From positions 1-27,322 of the forward strand of contig CBDUPM010000001.1 of assembly GCA_965369105.1 (NCBI GenBank): a DNA stretch of 27,322 bases, written 5' to 3'. Both the position numbers and the translations under genes were made by a program. Positions 18,609 through 27,023 of the stretch are shown piece by piece. Every line of letters begins with the position of its first letter. Position 1 is the first letter of the stretch. This DNA is from an uncultured Bacteroidales bacterium (GTDB taxonomy: Bacteria; Bacteroidota; Bacteroidia; Bacteroidales; GCA-2748055). The notes beneath the pieces are model-generated. The model did no database searches. It worked only from the letters and a program-made list of their open reading frames with translations, and had not been told where the DNA came from.

Positions 18609-18640
18609 AGCTATGAATGAGAAAACTCATGTTTATAGCT
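18609..18640. promoter_or_regulatory. Imperfect palindrome over the expected -33 region of the suf promoter (candidate operator)
   Basis: AGCTAT-ga-ATGAG-aaaa-CTCAT-gttt-ATAGCT. Confidence 0.35.
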
Positions 18641-18742
18641 TGCCTTTGCTTCCTGTAGTTTAAACAAATATCGGGGATTCAAGTTCAGGAAGATTTGTTA
18701 TAAAAGCTTTAAATAAAAAATGAACAAGCCCTGACCGCCAAA

Positions 18743-19753
18743 CTATTCCGGTTTTAATTCCGAGATAAAATCTGTACTTATCCAGTAAATGTCGCTTAGG
18801 CCATTTTGAGGTTTAGAATAGTGAGAGTAAATTTCTTCTGCCGAAAGGCTATTATCGTCTCCATTTTTTTCAGGAGAAAAGGTGGATGCAAAGAAAAGAT
18901 ATTTTCCATCCCTGCTTATATAAGGTGAAATGGCTGCCGATCCGGGTAAATTGACTTTTTCCTGAAGGTTTATGGCTTCACTCCAGTTTCCATCACCCAG
19001 GTTGAAAAATACATAATACAGGGGGGTTCTTCCTGAATTTGTTTCTCTTCCGCTTGCACATCCTATCAGGTAGGATTCATCAGGAGAAATGCAGGCATTA
19101 AAAATCTGCCCTTTTCCATTTACATTTTCCGGCAGGAGAATGGGATCAGCAAAACCTTCCCCGGTCCATCTGGCCATCTTCACGTAGCTTTCAGGTGAAT
19201 CTTTAGCATTCCAGGTAAAATAGAGGTTTCCATTGTTTGAAAAGGATGGGAAAAACTCTCCTCCCCCCGAATTAATAGGATCTCCAAGATCTTTGATTTC
19301 GCTCCATGAACCATCTTCTTTGCGTTCGACGTACCAGATATTTTGGTTTGCCCATCCCGGAAGGCTGTCTTCTGCTATCCGCGGAATGGTACTCAGGAAA
19401 TAAAGTCTTTGTTCATCGGGACTAAAAGCAGGTTCAAGAAAAAAGAAACGGGAGTCCCTGGAAAAAGAGGCTAGTTCAGGACGGGTCCATTGATTTCCGG
19501 ATTTTTTCATACTCATTATACAGGTGTGTTTTCCTGTTAAAACACCGAAAAAAATTTCATCCCTGTCTTTATTTATAGCTATATCTCTTTCATATAATCC
19601 TTGTGAAACTGTTCCCGGGGCAAAAAGGAGAGCAGAATCTTCTGGTGGATTTTCGAATGGATCCGAAATGAATTGGGCGGAAAAGTCGGGTGGATTGCTT
19701 TGACAGGAATACATGAGGATCAGGCTGCATAGGATAAAAAGGCTATTTTTCAT
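18743..19753 (-). CDS. Lipoprotein with PD40 (WD40-like/TolB-type) beta-propeller repeats
   Basis: Signal peptide II (LMYS-C); repeats PAFSPDEQRLYF, FPSFSNNGNLYF, ACISPDESYLI, SPYISRDGKYLFFAS; C-terminal DIYWIS. Confidence 0.8.
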   Translation of the reverse strand: MKNSLFILCSLILMYSCQSNPPDFSAQFISDPFENPPEDSALLFAPGTVSQGLYERDIAINKDRDEIFFGVLTGKHTCIMSMKKSGNQWTRPELASFSRDSRFFFLEPAFSPDEQRLYFLSTIPRIAEDSLPGWANQNIWYVERKEDGSWSEIKDLGDPINSGGGEFFPSFSNNGNLYFTWNAKDSPESYVKMARWTGEGFADPILLPENVNGKGQIFNACISPDESYLIGCASGRETNSGRTPLYYVFFNLGDGNWSEAINLQEKVNLPGSAAISPYISRDGKYLFFASTFSPEKNGDDNSLSAEEIYSHYSKPQNGLSDIYWISTDFISELKPE

Positions 19754-19834
19754 GGTCTTCAGAGTTTCTGGTAAATGTAATGAAAAAATGGATTTTGCCG
19801 GATTCCTATAAAGGAATTGAAAAAAAGTCTGAAT

Positions 19835-19876
19835 AAAAAAACCGCAATGGCGTCAAACAGACATACATTGCGGTTT
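19835..19876 (-). terminator. Intrinsic terminator after the 19925-20743 gene
   Basis: 11-bp perfect stem AAACCGCAATG (19839-19849) / CATTGCGGTTT (19866-19876) with a 16-nt loop. The flanking A-run gives a U-tract on the minus strand. Confidence 0.7.
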
Positions 19877-19924
19877 ATAAAGCTCTTTTGCAGGCTTCTA
19901 CAAACTTTTCATATGGTGATAAAA

Positions 19925-20743
19925 TCAGTTACAGTCAATATCCTCGAGCAATTCATTCCAGCATCTCCAATCATTATCTCCAAATTTTAAAGGATCTGAT
20001 ATCCTTCCGGCTTTCGTTTCCAGGTTCCATTCAATGTTCACCAAATTGGCAGCTGTTGAAATGGTATACATAGCGTCAAAATCAGTATCATTCGTAATTT
20101 CATACTTTATAAAACTGCCATTCTCCGGATCACCACTCTTAATATTGGTATAGCTGATGTCTGAAGTTTCTTCTTCCCAGTTTTTATTCCATTCAATTTC
20201 AAGCAGTTCATTGGGTACTGCAGGACTTTCAAATAATGTCCAGATCGCATGGGTTCTGTCATACCTGATGGTGCCTTCAAACCATTTAAATTCAGTAAAT
20301 GCCCCAATTCCATCCTTGCTGATATACATTTCAGCTTTGAATTCATCATTACTTATCCTGCTGGTCATCAACATTGCGGTATAGGTAGCTGCACCTGAAT
20401 TAACAGAATATTCCCATTTCCAGGTATTATCTCCCATATACTCCGGTTGATTATCGAAAGCGGCAATATAAGAAGCAGTAGGCACGGCCATGGTTACCGT
20501 AACAACTATATTCCAAACAGTTACATTTGCCAGTCCATGAACAAAATTCTGATAAGTTGCACCCGGCATTTCGATAAGTGATTTTTTCTCACCCGGGTTT
20601 TCAGTGAAGTCGGAGAAATCCATTACCAGGGCATCTACGGGTGGTAAGGCCGGGATTTCCGGAGTTTCATCTTTTTCACAGGAAGAAATAATTAATGCAG
20701 AAAGCATTAGTATGATAATAAAAAAGGAATTTAATTTTTGCAT
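19925..20743 (-). CDS. Hypothetical lipoprotein, probably surface-exposed
   Basis: Signal peptide II (IISS-C) followed by EKDE; acidic, aromatic/beta-rich 272 aa; no family recognised. Confidence 0.8.
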   Translation of the reverse strand: MQKLNSFFIIILMLSALIISSCEKDETPEIPALPPVDALVMDFSDFTENPGEKKSLIEMPGATYQNFVHGLANVTVWNIVVTVTMAVPTASYIAAFDNQPEYMGDNTWKWEYSVNSGAATYTAMLMTSRISNDEFKAEMYISKDGIGAFTEFKWFEGTIRYDRTHAIWTLFESPAVPNELLEIEWNKNWEEETSDISYTNIKSGDPENGSFIKYEITNDTDFDAMYTISTAANLVNIEWNLETKAGRISDPLKFGDNDWRCWNELLEDIDCN

Positions 20744-20854
20744 GATTTAGTTTTTTATGTTACAGTTTTCTTTAACGGTAAAATGGGATCATGGTTACAA
20801 ATGAGTCATAAAATATTAATCCGCTTACTTTGAAACCGCATAATAAAACAGATT

Positions 20855-20885
20855 TTTGACACAGCCTCTTTTTTATTTACCTTCG
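20855..20885 (+). promoter_or_regulatory. thiL promoter
   Basis: TTTG (20855-20858), 19 nt, TACCTTCG (20878-20885; TAnnTTCG variant), 14 nt before ATG 20900. Confidence 0.6.
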
Positions 20886-20899
20886 CAAAAAATTTGATT

Positions 20900-21934
20900 A
20901 TGAGCAAAAAGGAGCAGGTAACCCAATTATCAGACCTGGGTGAATTTGGACTGATTGAACGTTTGACCAAAAATATTAAGTTAAAGAATTCATCCAGTAT
21001 CAAAGGTATAGGCGATGATGCAGCCGTAATAGCAGGAGGGGAATTATATAAAGTAGTGACAACCGACATGCTGACAGAGGGAATTCATTTTGACCTGATG
21101 TACACACCTCTCAAACACCTGGGTTATAAAGCGGTTATCGTAAACCTTTCAGATATTTATGCCATGAATGCAACTCCGGCACAGATTACAGTTTCGATTT
21201 CTGTTTCATCCAAATTCTCGGTGGAGGCCCTTGAAGAGTTGTATGAAGGTATTAAACTGGCTTGTGAAAATTATGGAGTTGACCTGATTGGAGGAGATAC
21301 GGTATCTTCCATGACCGGACTTACTATCAGTGTTACAGCTATCGGAGAGGTTAAAAAGGAAGATATTACCTATCGGTCAGGGGCACAGGAAAATGACCTC
21401 ATTTGTGTCAGTGGTGACCTGGGAGGCTCTTTTCTTGGACTACAGGTGTTGGAAAGAGAAATGGATATTTATGAAAAGGACAATTCTATTCAGCCCGATC
21501 TTGAGGGTTATGATTATATCCTTGAAAGGCAGCTAAAACCTGAAGCAAGAAAAGATATTATTGAAAGCTTAAGGGAGGCCGGAATAAAAATTAATTCCAT
21601 GATTGATATATCGGATGGATTATCCTCCGAATTGACTCACATATGTAAAGAGTCAAAATGTGGTTGCCAGGTATATCCTGAGAAAATTCCTATTCACCCG
21701 GAAACCGAAGAGAAAGCAAAAGAATTTGAAATGGAAGGTCTGGTCAGTGCTCTTCATGGTGGAGAAGATTATGAATTGTTGTTTACGGTTCCCTTAACGG
21801 AATATGAAAAGATCGAAAAAATGAAAGGGATTTCCATCATTGGGAATATCACAAAGGGGAATAAGGCAATACTCGTCACCGGAGAAGGCGAGGGAATTGA
21901 ACTGGTTGCCGAAGGATGGGACGGTCTTGCGTAA
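20900..21934 (+). CDS. thiL: Thiamine-monophosphate kinase
   Basis: LGEFGLIERL, GIGDDAAV, TTDMLTEGIHF, NLSDIYAMNA, LIGGDT, MIDISDGL, GGEDYELLFT. Confidence 0.96.
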   Translation: MSKKEQVTQLSDLGEFGLIERLTKNIKLKNSSSIKGIGDDAAVIAGGELYKVVTTDMLTEGIHFDLMYTPLKHLGYKAVIVNLSDIYAMNATPAQITVSISVSSKFSVEALEELYEGIKLACENYGVDLIGGDTVSSMTGLTISVTAIGEVKKEDITYRSGAQENDLICVSGDLGGSFLGLQVLEREMDIYEKDNSIQPDLEGYDYILERQLKPEARKDIIESLREAGIKINSMIDISDGLSSELTHICKESKCGCQVYPEKIPIHPETEEKAKEFEMEGLVSALHGGEDYELLFTVPLTEYEKIEKMKGISIIGNITKGNKAILVTGEGEGIELVAEGWDGLA

Positions 21935-21944
21935 ATTGATTTTT

Positions 21945-22730
21945 TTATTTTGATTCCAGGTAACCCCTGATAATTCCTCTTTTTGAATTTCTGATAAAAA
22001 GAACTACTTCATCCCTTTCTTCAGATGCCTGAAGATTTGCTTCTATGAAATCTACCGCGTCGGAAATATTCAGATTTCTTTGATAGATAATTCTATAAAT
22101 TTCCTGAATCTCATAGATGGCTTCATTGGAAAAATTTCTCCTTCTTAATCCGACAGAATTAATTCCCGTATAAGCTACAGGTTCTCTCCCTGCAAGAATA
22201 TAGGGAGGAATATCTTTGGTAACCTTGCTTCCGCCCTGTATCATAACATGGGTCCCAATCCGGACAAATTGATGCACGAGGGTTCCGGGTGAAACGATGG
22301 CAAAATCATCCACCTCCACCTCACCGGCAACTCCTGCATAACTTCCTAAAATACAGTTATTTCCAATAATACTATCATGAGCAACATGGGTATAGGACAT
22401 CAGCAGGCAATTGTTTTTAATGACCGTTTTGCCTTTGGCATTGGTTCCTCGGTTAATGGTTGCAAACTCATGAATTTTTGTATTATCCCCGATTTCAACC
22501 GTGGAATACTCGCCCTGAAATTTTAAGTCCTGCGGCTCCCCTGATATTACAGCTCCGGGATAGATTTTACAATTTTTCCCAATCCGGGCCCCGTTCATAA
22601 TTACCGCATTCGGACCGATCCAGGTACCGTCTCCAATGATTACATCTTTTTCAATTGTTACGAATGAATCAATTTTAACATCCTTACCAATTTGGGCTTC
22701 AGGATGAACATCGGATAATTTGTTTTTCAT
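21945..22730 (-). CDS. lpxA: Acyl-ACP--UDP-N-acetylglucosamine O-acyltransferase
   Basis: Hexapeptide repeats, GEPQDLKFQGE, TINRGT, YTHVAHD, VHQFVRIG, GINSVGLRRR. Confidence 0.97.
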   Translation of the reverse strand: MKNKLSDVHPEAQIGKDVKIDSFVTIEKDVIIGDGTWIGPNAVIMNGARIGKNCKIYPGAVISGEPQDLKFQGEYSTVEIGDNTKIHEFATINRGTNAKGKTVIKNNCLLMSYTHVAHDSIIGNNCILGSYAGVAGEVEVDDFAIVSPGTLVHQFVRIGTHVMIQGGSKVTKDIPPYILAGREPVAYTGINSVGLRRRNFSNEAIYEIQEIYRIIYQRNLNISDAVDFIEANLQASEERDEVVLFIRNSKRGIIRGYLESK

Positions 22731-22736
22731 GAATTA

Positions 22737-24134
22737 TTATTCTTTTACTTTTGTTATTTGAGCCATCAATTCTCCTTCAATAGCCAGTTGATCTCCAATA
22801 AATCCCTGGCCGAACATTAAGGCGATTCCTCTTCTCATTGGTTCCAGCAGGGTCATTCTCATTACCAGTGTGTCACCCGGAACAACCATACGTTTAAACC
22901 TGACTTTGTCAACTTTCAGGAAGAATGTAAGGTAATTTTCAGGATCAGGAACCGAATTTAATACCAGCAGACCACCAACCTGGGCCAGGGCCTCAATTTG
23001 CAAAACACCCGGCATTACAGGTTTTCCCGGGAAGTGGCCCTGGAAAAAGGGCTCATTCATGGTAACGTTTTTAATACCGGTAATCATTTTCTCATCGCGA
23101 GAAATAATTTTATCCACCAGGAGGAAAGGATATCTGTGAGGAAGGGTGTTTTCTATTCCGGTAATATCCACAACCGGTTCATCATTAGGGTCATAATGCG
23201 GAACGTCCTTTTTGGCCTTTTGTTTTTTAGCCATCTGACGCAGAATTCTTGCAAATTCAGTATTGGCATGGTGACCCGGTCTTTGTGCAATAATTTTTCC
23301 TTTAAAAGGCATACCGATAAGGGAAAGGTCACCAATCATATCGAGTAATTTATGTCTTGCAGGTTCGTTGGCAAAATGCAGATCGATATTATTCAGTACG
23401 CCTTCCGGCTGGACTTTAATTTTAGGTTTATTAAACAATTCGGCCAGGCGGTCCAGTTCTTCCTGGTTAACTTTTCTGTCCATTATTACAATGGCATTAT
23501 CCAGGTCCCCACCTTTTATGAGGTTATTGGCTGCAAGGAATTCCAGTTCATGTAAAAAGACAAAGGTTCTGCAGGGTGCGATTTCATGTTTAAAATTGCT
23601 GATATCGTCCAGGGTTGCATATTGATTACCCAGTACTTTACTATTATAGTCAATCAGGACATTCATACTGAGCTCCTCATCAGGATAAGCAATTATATGT
23701 ATGCCCTTTTCTTCGTCATAATACTCAACCTTTTCATTTGGAGTAAAATATTCTTTATCGGCTTCCTGTTCTTCGATTCCCGCTTCAATAATTGCATTTA
23801 CATAGGCTATGGAACTCCCATCTATAATAGGAGCCTCAGGGCCGGTAATTTCTATCAGCACGTTATCAAGTTCCATTCCAACACAGGCAGCCAGACAATG
23901 CTCAATTGTGGCAACACTCACTCCGTTTTGTTCCAGGGTTGTTCCACGTGAAGTATCGGTAACATTCTCAGCTAAGGCTTTTATTAAAGGTTTTTCAGGA
24001 AGGTCCGTTCTTTGAAAAACAAATCCGTGATCTTCGGGAGCCGGATTTAGAGTAATTTCTACATCTATTCCGGAATGAAGTCCTTTTCCGGTTAAATGAA
24101 CTGCTTTTTTGAGGGTTTTTTGTTTTTCTGCCAT
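22737..24134 (-). CDS. lpxC: Bifunctional UDP-3-O-acyl-GlcNAc deacetylase / 3-hydroxyacyl-ACP dehydratase (LpxC-FabZ fusion)
   Basis: LpxC motifs KQKTL, GKGLHSG, ATIEHCLAA, IAPCRTF, HKLLDMIGD. FabZ motifs LPHRYPFLLVD, NEPFFQGHFPGKPVMPGVLQIEALAQ. Confidence 0.97.
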   Translation of the reverse strand: MAEKQKTLKKAVHLTGKGLHSGIDVEITLNPAPEDHGFVFQRTDLPEKPLIKALAENVTDTSRGTTLEQNGVSVATIEHCLAACVGMELDNVLIEITGPEAPIIDGSSIAYVNAIIEAGIEEQEADKEYFTPNEKVEYYDEEKGIHIIAYPDEELSMNVLIDYNSKVLGNQYATLDDISNFKHEIAPCRTFVFLHELEFLAANNLIKGGDLDNAIVIMDRKVNQEELDRLAELFNKPKIKVQPEGVLNNIDLHFANEPARHKLLDMIGDLSLIGMPFKGKIIAQRPGHHANTEFARILRQMAKKQKAKKDVPHYDPNDEPVVDITGIENTLPHRYPFLLVDKIISRDEKMITGIKNVTMNEPFFQGHFPGKPVMPGVLQIEALAQVGGLLVLNSVPDPENYLTFFLKVDKVRFKRMVVPGDTLVMRMTLLEPMRRGIALMFGQGFIGDQLAIEGELMAQITKVKE

Positions 24135-24340
24135 AATAAATTTAATATCTATTTTCCGGGTCCATAACGGTAAACGAGAAAATTTTTACGAATCAGCAAT
24201 AATGAACCCGGTTTATTCCCTTTTTTCTTTTTTTAAAAATCGTCGCAATATACAAAAAATCATTTATGGAGAATTAAAATATATTCAAGATTCGAAAATA
24301 CAAACCACTGAATCTGCAACTTAGGCCAGATGTGTATTCA

Positions 24341-25387
24341 TTAATTCGAATTATATTTTTCTTTTAATTCTTTAATATCTCTTTCGATTTGATTTATCTG
24401 GTTTTTTAAATCGGGTAATTTCATGAATAGCACCTGTGATTTCCAAAAGTCCTTATAAGGCATACCCGGTGAGCCCTGAAGTATTTCTCCTTCTTTTGCA
24501 TTTTTCATAATTCCGGCCTGGCCACCAATTTTCACATTATCACCAATGGAAATATGCCCAACTATTCCTACCTGGGCTGCGAACATATTATTCTTACCGA
24601 TTTTAGTGGAACCTGCTACCCCTGTCTGGGCTGCCATAACAGTGTTTTCTCCCACCTCCACATTGTGGGCTATCTGGATTAAATTATCCAGCTTGACTCC
24701 CTTATGTATAATGGTGGCACCCATCGTTGCCCGGTCAACGCAAACATTTGCTCCCAATTCTACATTGTCCTGGATAATCACAATTCCAATCTGGTGAATC
24801 TTTTTATAATCATTTTCAGAAGATGGGGCAAAACCAAATCCGTCGGCACCAATAATCGTCCCTGAATGAATTACACAGTTTTTCCCGATTTTACATCCTT
24901 CGTAAATTTTTACTCCCGGATAAATTATGCTTCCTTCCCCAATTTCGACACCGTCTCCCACATACACCTGGGGATAAATTTTCACATTATCGGATATTTT
25001 CACACCTTGTTCGATAACCGTGAATTCGCCTATATACAGGTTTTCTCCAAGTTGTGCAGTACCGTCAATAAATGCCAGATCCTTTATTCCGGTTTTTTGA
25101 GGTTTGGATTGTACATATAAATCGAGTAAGGATGCGAAAGCCTGATAGGCATCATCAACTTTTATCAATGTCGCAGATATTTCTTTTGCAGGTTTGAAAT
25201 CTTTATTAACCAGGATAATGCTTGCTTTGGAATCATAAAGATATTTTTCGTATTTGGCATTGGCAAAGAAAGCAAGGGTTCCGGGTTCGGCATCTTCAAT
25301 TTTTGCCACATTGTTCACTGAAATTTCCGGATTTCCAATAATTTCACCCTTAAGAAAGTCTGCTATTGTTTTGGCTGTGAAGTTCAT
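24341..25387 (-). CDS. lpxD: UDP-3-O-(3-hydroxyacyl)glucosamine N-acyltransferase
   Basis: [10 protein letters not shown], long hexapeptide array, [40 protein letters not shown]. Confidence 0.97.
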   Translation of the reverse strand: MNFTAKTIADFLKGEIIGNPEISVNNVAKIEDAEPGTLAFFANAKYEKYLYDSKASIILVNKDFKPAKEISATLIKVDDAYQAFASLLDLYVQSKPQKTGIKDLAFIDGTAQLGENLYIGEFTVIEQGVKISDNVKIYPQVYVGDGVEIGEGSIIYPGVKIYEGCKIGKNCVIHSGTIIGADGFGFAPSSENDYKKIHQIGIVIIQDNVELGANVCVDRATMGATIIHKGVKLDNLIQIAHNVEVGENTVMAAQTGVAGSTKIGKNNMFAAQVGIVGHISIGDNVKIGGQAGIMKNAKEGEILQGSPGMPYKDFWKSQVLFMKLPDLKNQINQIERDIKELKEKYNSN

Positions 25388-25454
25388 ATATTTTTAATGT
25401 TTACAAGGATATTATTTAAGCCTTTTGTTTACCGAAGAAAAATATTCCGCAAAA

Positions 25455-26717
25455 CTAGTTAATATTTCCAGCTTTTTTAATTTCTTTTGGATAGCATAAG
25501 AAATATTTTTTTACATTTTTTGATAATGCATTAATATCAAAAATATCAGATGCCTTGGTAATTTCTTTTAAGCTACCGTCTTTTTGAAGAAGTTTAATTT
25601 TTTCATCATTGGAATTATAAGCCATATTCGTAATTTCTCCCATTGGTGTAAAATATTCCAGATCTTCATTCCGGATATTATAGTGCTTCAGTATGATTTC
25701 ATGAATATTCCTGATTTTGGATTTACTGAAAGCCCTGGATTGTAGCTCAATGCTATATAATCTTCTGTTTATTAAACTTTCACTTAGCTTGGAAAGTACA
25801 GGGTCCTGGTTGTTTATCCAGGATTTAGCTGCAGAAATAATATCTACGTCATCTAATTTACTGAACATATCAAGGAATTCAAAGGAATCCTGGCCGCTCA
25901 GATCATTTATTGTGACATTTCTTTGAAGAAAAAACAAAAGGGGTTCACTTGCAGTCAGATCTTTTCCGAGCAACACCTGCTCCCTGGCCCTTTTTAAAAT
26001 ATTAATCAGCAGGTTTTCTGTCGACAATACTGTCTTATGCAAATATACCTGCCAATACATTAACCTTCTGGCAACTAAAAATTTTTCGATAGAATAGATA
26101 CCTTTTTTATCAACCACCAGTTCATCATTTTTCACGTTCAGCATTTTAATAATCCTGTCTGAGCCTACCACTCCTTCTGTTACTCCTGTAAAATAGCTGT
26201 CTCGTTTGAGATAATCCAGGCGATCCATGTCCAGCTGACCGGCAACTAATTGATGAAGGAAGCCTTTGGGATATTCATTTTTAAAAATTTTTATGGCGGT
26301 TTCAAGTTCTCCGTTAAAGGTATTGTTCAGATAGTTCATGAAAAATAAAGAAAGCTCTTCATGACTGATATTCTCAAAAATACTGTTTTCAAGAGAGTGG
26401 CTGAAGGGGCCATGACCAATATCATGTAATAAAATGGCAGATATTGCTGCTTCAGCTTCATGATCGGTTATTTCTGTTCCTTTTGACCTTATCACCTGGA
26501 TAGCTTGCCACATGAGGTGACCCGCTCCAAGAGCATGCTGAAAACGGGTATGATTTGCCCCTGGATAAACATAATTTGTTAATCCGAGTTGTAATATTCT
26601 TCTTAGTCTCTGAAAATATTTGTGTTCAATGAGCTTGTAATGGATTTCAAAAGGAAATGAGATAAATCCATATACCGGATCATTAATTATTTTTTTTGTG
26701 ATGGGATTTACTTCCAA
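25455..26717 (-). CDS. HD-domain phosphohydrolase (YwfO/SAMHD1-like dNTP triphosphohydrolase family)
   Basis: KIINDPVYG, FQRLRRILQLG, VYPGANHTRFQHALG, LLHDIGHGPFSH, DMDRLDYLKRD, ARRLMYWQVYLHK. TTG start. Confidence 0.92.
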   Translation of the reverse strand: MEVNPITKKIINDPVYGFISFPFEIHYKLIEHKYFQRLRRILQLGLTNYVYPGANHTRFQHALGAGHLMWQAIQVIRSKGTEITDHEAEAAISAILLHDIGHGPFSHSLENSIFENISHEELSLFFMNYLNNTFNGELETAIKIFKNEYPKGFLHQLVAGQLDMDRLDYLKRDSYFTGVTEGVVGSDRIIKMLNVKNDELVVDKKGIYSIEKFLVARRLMYWQVYLHKTVLSTENLLINILKRAREQVLLGKDLTASEPLLFFLQRNVTINDLSGQDSFEFLDMFSKLDDVDIISAAKSWINNQDPVLSKLSESLINRRLYSIELQSRAFSKSKIRNIHEIILKHYNIRNEDLEYFTPMGEITNMAYNSNDEKIKLLQKDGSLKEITKASDIFDINALSKNVKKYFLCYPKEIKKAGNIN

Positions 26718-26739
26718 TTATATTGCCTTAGATTTTAAT

Positions 26740-26770
26740 CAAAAGTAAATTCTAAAAATGAGAACACAAA
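26740..26770 (-). promoter_or_regulatory. Promoter of the HD-lpxD unit
   Basis: Minus strand TTTG (26770-26767), 19 nt, TACTTTTG (26747-26740): a full consensus match. Confidence 0.7.
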
Positions 26771-26932
26771 AAATAAGTCAGAATTTGGCTGTGGAAGTAA
26801 TCTGCAGACCAGGTTATTTTTTATTTCCGGGCTGGCAAAGGCAGTGATAGCAGCATCCACCATTAAAATAAGCTAATCGCTACCCCCATTTAAATAATTT
26901 CTGCAAACCATCCCTGGTTTCCTTATATACAT

Positions 26933-26963
26933 TTTGTTATTTCAATCATTATTTGTACTTTTG
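26933..26963 (+). promoter_or_regulatory. rimP promoter
   Basis: TTTG (26933-26936), 19 nt, TACTTTTG (26956-26963): a full consensus match. Confidence 0.72.
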
Positions 26964-26986
26964 CGGCCGTAAGAAGATTGAATTGG

Positions 26987-27010
26987 CAGGGGACACAAGT
27001 CCCCTGTTTT
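26987..27010 (+). terminator. Terminator-like hairpin in the rimP 5' leader (candidate attenuator)
   Basis: CAGGGGAC-acaa-GTCCCCTG followed by TTTT, between the promoter and ATG 27024. Confidence 0.6.
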
Positions 27011-27023
27011 ATTGGGATCAAAA

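Noticed and set aside
22737-24134. LpxC-FabZ fusion as a novelty
   Set aside because: It is the normal, well-known arrangement in Bacteroidota.
371-25926. Many short antisense or alternative-frame ORFs in the track (e.g. 1750-2130, 5549-5938, 6473-6766, 11607-12110, 16678-17112, 22998-23951)
   Set aside because: They overlap well-supported genes, show no motifs or signals, and look like shadow ORFs.
26736-26865. Small ORFs in the HD-rimP intergenic region (29 aa on +, about 42 aa on -)
   Set aside because: They overlap the divergent promoter region and have no recognisable features.
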